Shown one piece after another: positions 32,165 to 41,434 of a DNA stretch of 64,000 bases. The stretch covers positions 569,782-633,781 of the forward strand of contig CAWEAL010000003.1 of assembly GCA_963807035.1 (NCBI GenBank). Direction: 5' to 3'. A model generated the notes under the pieces. That model was not told the DNA's origin. It was given only the letters and a program-made list of their open reading frames with translations, and did no database searches. The stretch is from an uncultured Chloroflexia bacterium (GTDB lineage: Bacteria; Chloroflexota; Limnocylindria; Limnocylindrales; CSP1-4). Position 1 is the first letter of the stretch. Every line of letters begins with the position of its first letter. The position numbers and the translations under genes were made by a program.

Positions 32165-32974
32165 CTAGCGGAAGAGATCCCACTCGGGCGGAATGAGCGC
32201 GTCCCGGATCGTGGCCTCACCGCGCACCGGCCGGGCGCCCCGGACGATCGCGGCCGGCCGGCCGGCGATCTTGCCCAGGGTCAGCTCGGCGGCGCTGGCG
32301 ATCTCGTCGGCGACGGCCCGGACAGTCGAGCTCATCGTCCGGCCGTCGGCGTCCACGCTGCCGCGCAGGTCTTCGAGGGGCAGCAGGCCCGACACCCCGA
32401 TCGCGACGTCGACGATCCCCCAGCGCCAGGGCCGGCCGAAGCTGTCGGAGATCACGACCGGCAGATCGACCCCCAGCCGATCCCGCAGCGACGAACGGAT
32501 TTCCGCCGCGGAGCGGTCCGGGTCGGCCGGCAGCAAGGTGACGATCGAGCCGCTGGCCGGTCCGACGTTCGATGCGTCGATGCCGCCGTTGGCGCACACG
32601 AAGCCGTGGCTGGTCTCGGTGATCAGCACCCCGTTCGCCATCCGGACCACCCGGCGCGCCTCGCGCAGAACGACCTCGACCTGGCGGGCGTCACGCTGCC
32701 AGCGTTCCGCGAAGGCGACCGCCTCCGGCCGCGGTTCGACCCGGGTCAGGTCGACGATCGCGTTCTCGGCCTTGGACACGACCTTCTGGGTGACGACGAG
32801 GACGTCGTCGTCCCGGAGCGGAGCGACGGCCGGCTCGGCCGCCAGCAGCCGCTCGATCGCGGCACCGACCTGGCCGGCGAGGTCGGCGCCCGGCCGGACC
32901 TCGGGGATGCCCTCGAGGGCGAAAACGGTGAGCCGGCCCGCCTCCGGTGGACGATCGGCGGCCTCAGCCGGCAT
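32165..32974 (-). CDS. cofE: F420-0:gamma-glutamyl ligase
   Basis: GIPEVRPG, VVTQKVVSKAE, CANGGIDASN, LLPADPD, SDSFGRPWRWG, AVADEIASAA. Confidence 0.95.
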   Translation of the reverse strand: MPAEAADRPPEAGRLTVFALEGIPEVRPGADLAGQVGAAIERLLAAEPAVAPLRDDDVLVVTQKVVSKAENAIVDLTRVEPRPEAVAFAERWQRDARQVEVVLREARRVVRMANGVLITETSHGFVCANGGIDASNVGPASGSIVTLLPADPDRSAAEIRSSLRDRLGVDLPVVISDSFGRPWRWGIVDVAIGVSGLLPLEDLRGSVDADGRTMSSTVRAVADEIASAAELTLGKIAGRPAAIVRGARPVRGEATIRDALIPPEWDLFR

Positions 32975-33635
32975 GGGCCGGGTCGAGGAGGCCGAGCTCT
33001 TCGGCCAGGGTCAGGTCGGCCGGGAGGTCGAGGTCGAGCGACAGTGGCCCATCTAGCTCGAGGCTGAGCGCCCCGGTGGCGCGAGCGGCCGCCTGGTGGG
33101 CAAGCCGGCTGTCGGTCCCGAAGGCGAACGGGATGGCATCGGGCGGACTCAACAGGAGCGCGTTCGTGCCCATCCCGTGACGATCGGGGACGACCATGAC
33201 CAGCGCCCGCCCAGGGGCGACCGCCGCGGCGGCCGTCGCCACGATCTCGTGGATCGCAGCCGGACTGACCGAGGGCAGGTCACCGGCCAGCACGAGGAGC
33301 GCGCTCGCTCCGCTCCCGATCGCCCATCCGGCCGCCTGGCCGAGCGCTTCGTTCAGGCCGACGCCGGCCTGCTCGATCGGCGTAGCACCGGCGCTGCGGG
33401 CCAGCCCGAGTACGACCGGATCCGGGCTGATCACGACCACCTTCTCGATCGCCGGGACGTCGAGAGCGGCCCGAACCGTCCGCTCGAGGAGCAACCGCAC
33501 GAGGTCCTGGCGTTCCTCGGCGTCGAGCCAGCCGCCCAGGCGGGTCTTCGAGCCCTCGAGGCTGTTGACCGGGATCACGGCGATCAGCCGGGCGAGGTCG
33601 GCAGACCGACCCGGCCCGGTGGCTGGCCGGGTCAT
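32964..33635 (-). CDS. cofC: 2-phospho-L-lactate/PEP guanylyltransferase (CofC/FbiD)
   Basis: VIPV..SKTRL, GLNEAL, GDLP, PDRHGMGTNAL, FGTDS..AH, DLDLPADL. Confidence 0.92.
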   Translation of the reverse strand: MTRPATGPGRSADLARLIAVIPVNSLEGSKTRLGGWLDAEERQDLVRLLLERTVRAALDVPAIEKVVVISPDPVVLGLARSAGATPIEQAGVGLNEALGQAAGWAIGSGASALLVLAGDLPSVSPAAIHEIVATAAAAVAPGRALVMVVPDRHGMGTNALLLSPPDAIPFAFGTDSRLAHQAAARATGALSLELDGPLSLDLDLPADLTLAEELGLLDPAHAG

Positions 33636-34615
33636 CGGCCGATGCCCATCGCCGGCCGCTCCCGGCCGGAAGCGGCGGCGAAGGCGAGCACCTCGGCCGC
33701 GACCCGCGCCCGGCTCGCGTCGTCAACCATCAGCGTGTCGGTCACCAGCGTGCGCAGGCCGAGCCGCTCGATCTCGGGCACGAGGCGGGCATCGACCGGG
33801 TCGAGGACGAAGCCGGTTGCCAGCCCGGCATACAGCCGGGCGACCCCGAGGGCCGTGGCCTCGTGGCCCAGGGAGGCCAGCATCCGGTCGGCCGGACCTT
33901 TCAGGGCGTGGCCGCCGATGATCCCCGAAAGGGCGACGACCGGCGCGCCCGTCGTGCGTGCGGCCTCGATTGCGCCGCGCAGGCCGGGCACGGCCAGGAT
34001 CGGCCCGATCGACACGATCGGGTTCGACGGGGCGATGATGATCGCGTCGGCGCCGGCCAGGGCGGCCAGCACCTGGCTCGTCGGGTGCGCCCGCTCGATG
34101 CCCCGCCAGCGCACCTCGAGGACCTCCGGTTCCTGGCGGCGATGGACGAAATACTCCTGGAAGTCGATCCAGCCGTCCGGCGTGCGGATCTCCGTCCGGA
34201 CCGGCTCGTCGGACATCGGCAGGATCGTCGCCGTGATGCCGAGGGATCGCTGGAGGCCGAGGTTGGCGGCGGTCAGGCCGGCCCCGGCCCGCAGCCGGGC
34301 GGTCCGCACGATGTGGGCGGCCAGGTCGCGATCGCCCAGGCCGAACCAGGTGTCCTCGCCGTACACGCCAAGCTGGGCCATCGCGACCGACGTATCCCCG
34401 GCGATCCCCCAGCCCAACGGGCCCTCGATGCCGGCCAGGGTGTACAGGACGGTGTCGTGGTCGGGGCAGACCAGCAGGCCGTGCCGTTCGAGATCATCGG
34501 CGGTGTTGACCGCGACCGTCAGGCCCGGCCCCACGACCGCCTGGAGGCCGTGCGCCAGGCGAGCCCCGCCGACCCCGCCGGCGAGCTCGACCACCCGCTC
34601 CGGAACGGGGCTCAC
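33632..34615 (-). CDS. cofD: 2-phospho-L-lactate transferase (CofD/FbiA)
   Basis: LAGGVGGA, VNTADD, CPDHDTVLY, WFGLGDRDLA, LPMSD, FQEYFV, PSNPIVSI, KGPADRM. Confidence 0.96.
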   Translation of the reverse strand: MSPVPERVVELAGGVGGARLAHGLQAVVGPGLTVAVNTADDLERHGLLVCPDHDTVLYTLAGIEGPLGWGIAGDTSVAMAQLGVYGEDTWFGLGDRDLAAHIVRTARLRAGAGLTAANLGLQRSLGITATILPMSDEPVRTEIRTPDGWIDFQEYFVHRRQEPEVLEVRWRGIERAHPTSQVLAALAGADAIIIAPSNPIVSIGPILAVPGLRGAIEAARTTGAPVVALSGIIGGHALKGPADRMLASLGHEATALGVARLYAGLATGFVLDPVDARLVPEIERLGLRTLVTDTLMVDDASRARVAAEVLAFAAASGRERPAMGIGR

Positions 34616-35556
34616 CGGAGCGCGTCGAGGGCCGCCCGGACCTCGCCGATCCGCTCGATCGTCTCTTGGTCGTACGGGGCGGGCATCCGGACGACCACCT
34701 CGACCATGCCCAGGTCGCGATAGGGCTTCAGGCGGTCGGCGACCTGGCCGGGCGATCCGAGCAGGATCGGTGCGCCGGTCAGCTCGGTCAGCCCGTTGTG
34801 GGCGAGCAGGGCGGCCAGCGCCCGGCCGGCTTCGGCCGGGTCGTCGCGAATGACGATGGGGAAGCTCACGGTCCGCTCGATCGTCGCCGGATTTCGCTCG
34901 ACATCGGCGCAGTGGCGGTCCAGGATCGCGTTCCTGGCCGCGAACTCCTCGATCGTCCCGCTCGTGTTCCATGCGTCGCCGTAACGGGCAACCGTGCGCA
35001 GCGTCTTGCGCGGCCCGGAGCCCCCGATCAGGATCGGCAGGCGGGCCTGGACGGGGGCCGGCGCGTGGGCCGCCTGGTGGAAGCGGTAGTAGCGCCCAGA
35101 GTGGTCGATCGTCTCGCCGTCGAGCAGGCGCCGGATCAGGCCGACCGCCTCGTCGAGCCGGTCGAGTCGCTCACCGAAGCCCGCTCCGAAATCGAGCCCG
35201 TGGGCCTCGTGCTCCCGTTCGAACCACGCTCCTCCGATCGCCAGGATCGCCCGGCCGGCGCTGATGTGGTCGAGGGTGACGGCCAGCTTGGCCGTGTGAC
35301 CGGGATTGCGGAACGTGTTGGCGCCGACCATCAGCCCGATCCGGATCCGGGCCGTCAGGGCCGCCCAGGCCGCCAGGACCGCCCAGCCCTCGAAGATCGG
35401 CTGGCGCCAGGGACCCTGGATCGCCATCAGGTGATCCCAGGTGTAGACGGCATCCCAGCCGGCCCGCTCGGCGTCGAGCGCGACGGCTCGCAGGCCGGGC
35501 CAGCCGGTCGCCTGCGACCATGGCTGCGCCCCGAAGCGCATGCTGGCCACGCTCAT
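34612..35556 (-). CDS. LLM-class (probably F420-dependent) oxidoreductase
   Basis: WDHL, FEGW, NTFRNP, TLDHISAGR, IGGSGPRKTLRTVA. Confidence 0.9.
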   Translation of the reverse strand: MSVASMRFGAQPWSQATGWPGLRAVALDAERAGWDAVYTWDHLMAIQGPWRQPIFEGWAVLAAWAALTARIRIGLMVGANTFRNPGHTAKLAVTLDHISAGRAILAIGGAWFEREHEAHGLDFGAGFGERLDRLDEAVGLIRRLLDGETIDHSGRYYRFHQAAHAPAPVQARLPILIGGSGPRKTLRTVARYGDAWNTSGTIEEFAARNAILDRHCADVERNPATIERTVSFPIVIRDDPAEAGRALAALLAHNGLTELTGAPILLGSPGQVADRLKPYRDLGMVEVVVRMPAPYDQETIERIGEVRAALDALR

Positions 35557-35996
35557 TCCTCGTAGTGGAGCTTGGCGGAAGCGAGCGGCAGCCGGAAGCT
35601 GGTCCTCGTCTGTCGAGCGAAACGATCCCGGATCATCGCCTCGGCCCGGGCCGGCTCGTCGGCGTGGTAGCGCCGGGCCATCGCCGCGATGTCGGCCAGG
35701 CCGCGGGCCGGGTCCTCGACGACCTCGACCGTTCCGCGGACCGACAGCCAGCGGTAGCCGTCTTCCACCGTCACGCTGACCCGCGGATCGCGGCGCAGGT
35801 TGGCTGGCCAGGCCCGGCCGTCGGCGCTGTTCAGGACGAGCGTGTCGGCGTCGATCAGGTACCAGGCGACCGCCTGGAACGGGCCGCCGTCGGCCCCGAC
35901 GCTGGCGATCGTCGCAAAGCGGAGGCCGTCGGCCAGGAACCGGCGGGCGCGCTCGATCGTCTCGAGGTCGGCCGACGGGGCGCTGGGCTGGGCCAT
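35553..35996 (-). CDS. PPOX-class F420-dependent enzyme
   Basis: ATIASVGADGGP, AWY, NLRRDPRVSVTV, WLSVRG; first gene of the F420 cluster. Confidence 0.85.
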   Translation of the reverse strand: MAQPSAPSADLETIERARRFLADGLRFATIASVGADGGPFQAVAWYLIDADTLVLNSADGRAWPANLRRDPRVSVTVEDGYRWLSVRGTVEVVEDPARGLADIAAMARRYHADEPARAEAMIRDRFARQTRTSFRLPLASAKLHYEE

Positions 35997-36079
35997 CTCC
36001 GGATGGTAGTCGAAGCCACGATCGACGGCGGCCGGTCGTTCAGGGCCGAATCCGGGGCACGATGTCAAACTGCCGGAAC

Positions 36080-37090
36080 ATGTCGCGGGACCGCCAGACG
36101 TCGCTCCACCGGGCACTCCTGCCGCTCCGGTTCTTCGTGGGCGGCACGTTCCTCTTTGCCGGCCTCGACAAGCTCCTCGATCCGGCATTCCTGCAGGCGA
36201 GCGGGCCGGGCTCGATCGGCGAGCAGCTGACGACCTACGTCCGGATCTCGCCCCTGTCGCCGCTGATCTCGGCCATCGCCATGCCGGCCCCGCTGCTGGT
36301 CGGGGTGGTCGTCGCCGGGCTCGAGATCGTGGCCGGCCTGGGCGCCCTGACCGGCCTGGCCTACCGGTTGTGCGCGGCGATCGGGGCGGGGCTGGCCACC
36401 ATCTTCTTCCTGACCGCGTCGTGGACGGTCCGGCCGTACTACCTCGGCGCCGATCTGCCGTTCCTGTTCGGCTGGATCACCCTTGGCCTGGCCGGGCACG
36501 GCGGCCTGTACGTCATCGGTGGGGCGATCGAACGGGCCTTCAGCCTGCCGCCCCGACCGCCCGGGCCGGACGGTCCAGGGCCGGCCGACCAGACCCGGCG
36601 TGGCCTGCTCCAGCTGATCGTCCTGGCCGCCGGGTCTTTGAGTGTGGCCGGGATCGCCGGGATGTTGAGCGCGTTTGGCCCGGCGTTCGGATCCGAGCCG
36701 GCGCCGTCGAGCGGCCCGCTGGCAGGGGGGGCGCCGGCTCCCACCCTCGCCCCGGGGGCGACGCTCGGCCCGGGCGTGATCGCCATGGTGGCAACGGTCC
36801 GCGCCCAGCGCTCGACCCGGTTCACCGACCCGGTCAGTGGCGACCCCGCCGTCCTGGTCGACCTTCCCGATGGGACGATCGTGGCCTTCGACGCCGTCTG
36901 CACCCATGCCGGCTGCACGGTCAACTTCGATCGCCTGTCGGGCAACCTGCTGTGCCCCTGCCACGGGGCGATCTTCGACCCGGCCCACGGCGCCCGGGTG
37001 CTCGACGGACCGACCGACCAGCCGCTGGCCTCGCTCCCGATCCGGATCGACCAGCAGACGGGCACGATCAGCCTGGCCGGCCAGAGCTAG
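36080..37090 (+). CDS. DoxX/DoxD-like membrane domain fused to a Rieske [2Fe-2S] domain
   Basis: LLPLRFFVGGTFLFAGLDKL (DoxX), four TMs, TRRGLL plus a further TM, then CTHAGC...CPCHG. Confidence 0.88.
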   Translation: MSRDRQTSLHRALLPLRFFVGGTFLFAGLDKLLDPAFLQASGPGSIGEQLTTYVRISPLSPLISAIAMPAPLLVGVVVAGLEIVAGLGALTGLAYRLCAAIGAGLATIFFLTASWTVRPYYLGADLPFLFGWITLGLAGHGGLYVIGGAIERAFSLPPRPPGPDGPGPADQTRRGLLQLIVLAAGSLSVAGIAGMLSAFGPAFGSEPAPSSGPLAGGAPAPTLAPGATLGPGVIAMVATVRAQRSTRFTDPVSGDPAVLVDLPDGTIVAFDAVCTHAGCTVNFDRLSGNLLCPCHGAIFDPAHGARVLDGPTDQPLASLPIRIDQQTGTISLAGQS

Positions 37091-37115
37091 GCGGCCCCGG
37101 CCGCCGCCTCGGCTC

Positions 37116-38276
37116 TCAGTCCGGCGGCAGAGCGACCGCCCGGCGTGGGCGCGAGGCGCCCCGCGGCCTGCGCTCGAGGGAGCGGGGCCGGCCGGGCTCG
37201 AGGGCCGGGCGGCCGAGGAGATAGCCCTGCCCGAACTCGACGCCGAGGGAGCGCAGTGTCTCGAGCTCCCGGTGGGTCTCGATCCCCTCGGCGATCAAGC
37301 GCGCGTCGATCCGCCGGCCGAACGACACGAACGCCTCGACGAGCGCCTTCTTGGCGTCGTTGGCGGCGCAGCCGTGGACGATCTCGCGATCGATCTTGAT
37401 GATCGTCGGCCGGAGCGCGGCGATCAGGGTGAAGCTGGCATAGCCGGCCCCGGCGTCGTCGACGGCGAACCCGAAGCCGAGCTTTCGGAGCGCCTTCACC
37501 TGGCGCTGGAGGGGAACGGTGTCGAGGACGGCCTGCTGCTCCGTGCACTCGAGGGTGACCTGGCGCGGCTGGATCCCGGCTTCGCGGACCATCCGGGCGA
37601 CCGCCCTCGCCTCGAAATGCGGATCGAGCAGGCTGGCCGGGGTCGTGTTGATCGCGACCGCGAAGCGGATCCCGGCCGGCACCGCGTTGCCGGCGACGAG
37701 GCGGGCGATCCGTTCGAGGGTCAGCCGGACGATGAAGGTGTCCAGCTCGACCGCCCGCCCGGTTGCGATCGCCGCCTCGACGATCGTCGTGATCGAGGCC
37801 GGCTGGTGGGGCAGGTTCGGCCGGAAGAGGCACTCGTATTCGTGGAGCTCGCCATCGGCCAGGTCGACGATCGGCTGGAAGGCGACCTCGTGGGTTCGGA
37901 TCGCGAAGAACAGGTCGAGCAGCTTGGACTGGACGGCCTGGACCGTCTGGCTCATCCCGATCCGGTCGGCGATTCCCGAGAGCTGGACGGCCGCAGTCAA
38001 GGCGTGGAGGTACTTCTCCGACTCGGGCAGCCCCGCATCGACCGATACGATCCCGTAGTCCGGCCCGCCGCTCGGGCCCGCCACCTGCGCGGCGACGAGC
38101 TCGGTCAGCGACTCGGCCGGCGCGATCAGGCAGGCGCCCGAGGCCAGCTCGATCACCCGCCCGTCCGGGACGCGCTCCTGGAGGCGATGGAGGAATCGGG
38201 TGTCGCGTGACCAGATCAGCCGTTCGTCGCCGCGCTGCTGGTTAATGAAGAACCGCACGCCCCGCCCCGGTGACAT
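37116..38276 (-). CDS. EAL-domain c-di-GMP phosphodiesterase (start uncertain)
   Basis: FQPIVDL, YECLFR, AIN, LECTE, AVDDAGAGYAS, IKIDR, IAEGIET, GQGYLLGRP. Confidence 0.9.
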   Translation of the reverse strand: MSPGRGVRFFINQQRGDERLIWSRDTRFLHRLQERVPDGRVIELASGACLIAPAESLTELVAAQVAGPSGGPDYGIVSVDAGLPESEKYLHALTAAVQLSGIADRIGMSQTVQAVQSKLLDLFFAIRTHEVAFQPIVDLADGELHEYECLFRPNLPHQPASITTIVEAAIATGRAVELDTFIVRLTLERIARLVAGNAVPAGIRFAVAINTTPASLLDPHFEARAVARMVREAGIQPRQVTLECTEQQAVLDTVPLQRQVKALRKLGFGFAVDDAGAGYASFTLIAALRPTIIKIDREIVHGCAANDAKKALVEAFVSFGRRIDARLIAEGIETHRELETLRSLGVEFGQGYLLGRPALEPGRPRSLERRPRGASRPRRAVALPPD

Positions 38277-38426
38277 TCTGGCATCGGCCTTCGAATGGCC
38301 GACCCGCGAACCCGCGAGTCCTGCCTATGATGCGCCGGGCCTGCCGCCGCCGCGGTGCGCCAGGGGTACCTGGCGTGCGCCCGACGATCGTACTGGCCCC
38401 GCCCGGTCGGCGGCCGCGCGCGACGC

Positions 38427-39113
38427 TCAGGCGATCCGCTCGCCGGCCCGGATCGGCAGGTCGAGCCGGTTCTCGGGCGGCGCCAGCGGACAGGCCCAGC
38501 GTGGATCGAAGGCGCATGACGGCTGGTAGGCGAAGTTGAAGTCGAGGATCAGGGTGTTCCGGACGGGATCGCCGCCAAGGTCGGCGCTCTTGGCCGTGTC
38601 CAGGAGGTAGCGACCCGCCGGGTAGGTCTCGCGACCACTCGTCGCGTCGCGGAACGGCAGGAACAGGCCGCCGGCATAGCCCTCCATCCAGAACAGCGAC
38701 AGGGTCCGCGGACCACCGTTCGGGAACGGGATCTCGATCGACCCGATCCGGCGGAAGGACAGGCTGTCGGCGCCGCTGTTGGGCAGGCTGAGTGGCGTCC
38801 CAGGCGGGTCGCCACCGAGCGGGTTGGCGAACGCGGCTCCGCCGCCGGGCGGCGAGCCGGCCTCCGGCCGGACGACGACCTCGAAGCGCAGGCTCGGGTC
38901 GGCCGGGAAGTGCCTGGCGCTGAAATTGGCCCGCTCTCCGGCCGGGACGGGGCTCATCGGGTGATCGCGGTAGAGCCGCTCCCGCTCCGACCGCCACACG
39001 GTCAGGGCGGCCGCCGGGTCACCGGCCGCCAACCGGCGGACCTCGGCGTACAGGTCGCTCACCTGCCGCCGCCAGTCGGCGAGTTCGAGCTCGGAGCCCG
39101 GTTCGACGCTCAC
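38427..39113 (-). CDS. DUF1684 family protein
   Basis: LFLPFRDATSGRETYPAGRYL, LDFNFAYQPSCAF, CPLAPPENRL, AGE. Confidence 0.92.
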   Translation of the reverse strand: MSVEPGSELELADWRRQVSDLYAEVRRLAAGDPAAALTVWRSERERLYRDHPMSPVPAGERANFSARHFPADPSLRFEVVVRPEAGSPPGGGAAFANPLGGDPPGTPLSLPNSGADSLSFRRIGSIEIPFPNGGPRTLSLFWMEGYAGGLFLPFRDATSGRETYPAGRYLLDTAKSADLGGDPVRNTLILDFNFAYQPSCAFDPRWACPLAPPENRLDLPIRAGERIA

Positions 39114-39261
39114 CGGCCGAGTATCGACCGTGGCTGATCGTCCGTCCAGCGAGCGCACCCGCGTCGGGCGAGCCTGGTCGGGACCGCCGGGCTAGAATCG
39201 CGGCCCGCGCCGGAACGGGCGGCGTCCCAGGCAACCGCGAACAGCGGACAGCGAGAGGAAC

Positions 39262-40120
39262 GTGAGCGTGGCGGACAGGGCCGAGATCGGGATCTTCGGT
39301 GGCTCGGGCTTCTACTCGCTCCTCGACGATGTCCGCGAGGTGAAGGTCGATACGCCCTACGGCCCTCCATCGGACAGCTTCTTCCTGGCCGAGGTCGGTG
39401 GCCGCCAGGTCGCGTTCCTGCCCCGCCACGGCCGACGCCACACCCTCCCGCCGCACAAGGTCAACTACCGGGCGAACGTGTGGGCGATGAAGGCGCTGGG
39501 GGTCAAGGCCGTGATCAGCCCGTGCGCCGCGGGCTCGCTCCAGCGGGCGGTCGAGCCCGGCCATTTCGTCGTGTGCGACCAGTTCGTCGACCGGACGAGC
39601 GGCCGGGCGGACACCTTCTTCGACGGTCCGATCGTCTAGCCACGTCAGCTCGGCCGAGATCTACGACCCGGAGCTGCGCCGGATCGCGATCGAGGTGATC
39701 CGGGAGCACGGGATCACGGTCCACGAACAGGGCACGGTCGTGGTGATCCAGGGTCCGCGGTTCTCGACGAAGGCCGAGTCGAAGTGGTTCTCGGACGCCG
39801 GCTGGGAGGTGATCAACATGACCCAGTACCCGGAGGCCTACCTGTGCCGGGAGCTCGGGATGGCGGTCGTCAACATCAGCCTGATCACCGACTACGACGC
39901 CGGCGTGCTGGCCGGCACCGAGGCGGTGACCGCCCACGACGTCCTGGCGGTCTTCAACACGAACGCGGCCCGGATCCAGCGGGTCGTCCTCGAGATGGTC
40001 CGTCGCTTCCCGGCCGACCTCGCCAGCCTCGGCGCCGCCGGCAGCCTGAAGTTCACCCGGGGTGACGGCCACGCGGCGTCGGACGAGGACATCCGGATCT
40101 TCGACACCGGGCTGGGCTGA
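39262..40120 (+). CDS. mtnP: S-methyl-5'-thioadenosine phosphorylase (one indel near 39636)
   Basis: GIFGGSGFY, TPYGPPSD, FLPRHG, NYRAN, DQFVDRT, IQGPRFSTKAES, INMTQYPE, TDYD. Confidence 0.92.
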
Positions 40121-40156
40121 CCGCCCGATCGGTCCGTTCGTAGGACAATCGCCCCG

Positions 40157-40630
40157 ATGCGCCCGACCCTGGCCCCCGCCACCGAGCCGACGCACGGCTG
40201 TGTCCGGTGCGGTGCGCCCGTTCCGCTGGCCGACGGGATGTGCGAACGCTGCAACCCCCTGGGCCTGAAGCAGCCTGCTGCGTCGCAGGCGCACGGCACG
40301 GTCGTCCTCGGCATCGTGATCGCGGTGATCGTCCTGTTCGTCCTGGCCAAGGTCTCGATCCAGGGGGTGGGCCCGTTCCGGGGAGAGGTCGCGGACGTGA
40401 TCTCGGCGCCGCCCGGCCTGGCCGTGACCCTCACGGTCACGAACCAGGGCACCGCCGCCGGCAGCACCACCTGCCGGATCTACGACCCGTCGATCCAGGG
40501 GGTCGGCCCGGAGTCGACCTACGCCGACAGCCCACGGATCGATCCCGGCAAGTCGGTCTCGTTCTCGATGCAGGTCAGCACGCTCGGATCGGTGGTCAAG
40601 CCGCTGGCGGTCTCCTGCAGCAACCCGTGA
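40157..40630 (+). CDS. Hypothetical membrane protein with an N-terminal Cys4 ribbon
   Basis: CVRC-x9-CERC, one TM, Ig-like extracellular part with two Cys; GTGA overlap with the IMPase gene. Confidence 0.7.
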   Translation: MRPTLAPATEPTHGCVRCGAPVPLADGMCERCNPLGLKQPAASQAHGTVVLGIVIAVIVLFVLAKVSIQGVGPFRGEVADVISAPPGLAVTLTVTNQGTAAGSTTCRIYDPSIQGVGPESTYADSPRIDPGKSVSFSMQVSTLGSVVKPLAVSCSNP

Positions 40631-41418
40631 CCGCCCACGCCGACGAGCTGGAGGCTGCGATCGAGATCGCCCACGCGGCCGGCCGCCTGCTCGTCGAGCG
40701 CGCGGACCGGATCGAGCAGGTCGCCGCCAAGGGCCCCCGCGACCTCGTGACCGACGTCGATCGCCGGGCGGAGGAGCTGATCCTCGGCCGGCTCCGGGAG
40801 CGCTATCCCGGCGACGGCCTGCTGGCCGAGGAGTCGGGCGCGGCGGAGGCGGCCGGCGGCCCGGGTCAGGATGCCAGGACATGGGTCGTCGATCCGCTCG
40901 ACGGCACGATCAACTACGCCAACGGGATCCCGATCTACTGCGTCTCGATCGCCCTCGTCGTCGATGACCGGCCGGTCGTCGGGGTGGTCCACGACCCCGT
41001 CCGGGGCGAGACGTTCGATGCGACCGCCGACGGCCCGGCCCGGCTCGACGGCCGTCCGATCCGGGCGAGCAGCAAGGACCGCCTGTCAGACTGGGTCGTC
41101 TCGCTGACCCTCGACCCTGGCCGTGCCGCCCAGCGCGGCAACGCGCTGGCCGAGGCGATCCGGGTCCACCGCCGGCTCGGCTCGGCGGCCCTCGCCCTGG
41201 CCTGGGTCGGCTGCGGCCGGTTCGATGCCTTCGCCCAGACCTACAACCTGTCCGCCTGGGATGTCGCGGCCGGCGGGCTCATCGCGGCGCGGGCCGGGGC
41301 CCGCGTCCGGGACCTCGACGACGGCCCGTACGTCGAGCTCGCCCGGGGTTCCCGGCCGTACGGGGTCGTGGCCGCGCCCGAGGCACGCTTCGATCCCTTC
41401 CGGCGGCTCGTCGGCTGA
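40627..41418 (+). CDS. Inositol monophosphatase family protein
   Basis: DLVTDVD, LAEE, WVVDPLDGTINY, GSAAL, WDVAAG. Confidence 0.93.
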   Translation: MTAHADELEAAIEIAHAAGRLLVERADRIEQVAAKGPRDLVTDVDRRAEELILGRLRERYPGDGLLAEESGAAEAAGGPGQDARTWVVDPLDGTINYANGIPIYCVSIALVVDDRPVVGVVHDPVRGETFDATADGPARLDGRPIRASSKDRLSDWVVSLTLDPGRAAQRGNALAEAIRVHRRLGSAALALAWVGCGRFDAFAQTYNLSAWDVAAGGLIAARAGARVRDLDDGPYVELARGSRPYGVVAAPEARFDPFRRLVG

Positions 41419-41434
41419 CCCGGAGCCGGCCGGC

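Noticed and set aside
39630-39645. In-frame TAG in mtnP as possible readthrough or pyrrolysine
   Set aside because: The gene continues in a different frame, so this is a one-base insertion rather than recoding.
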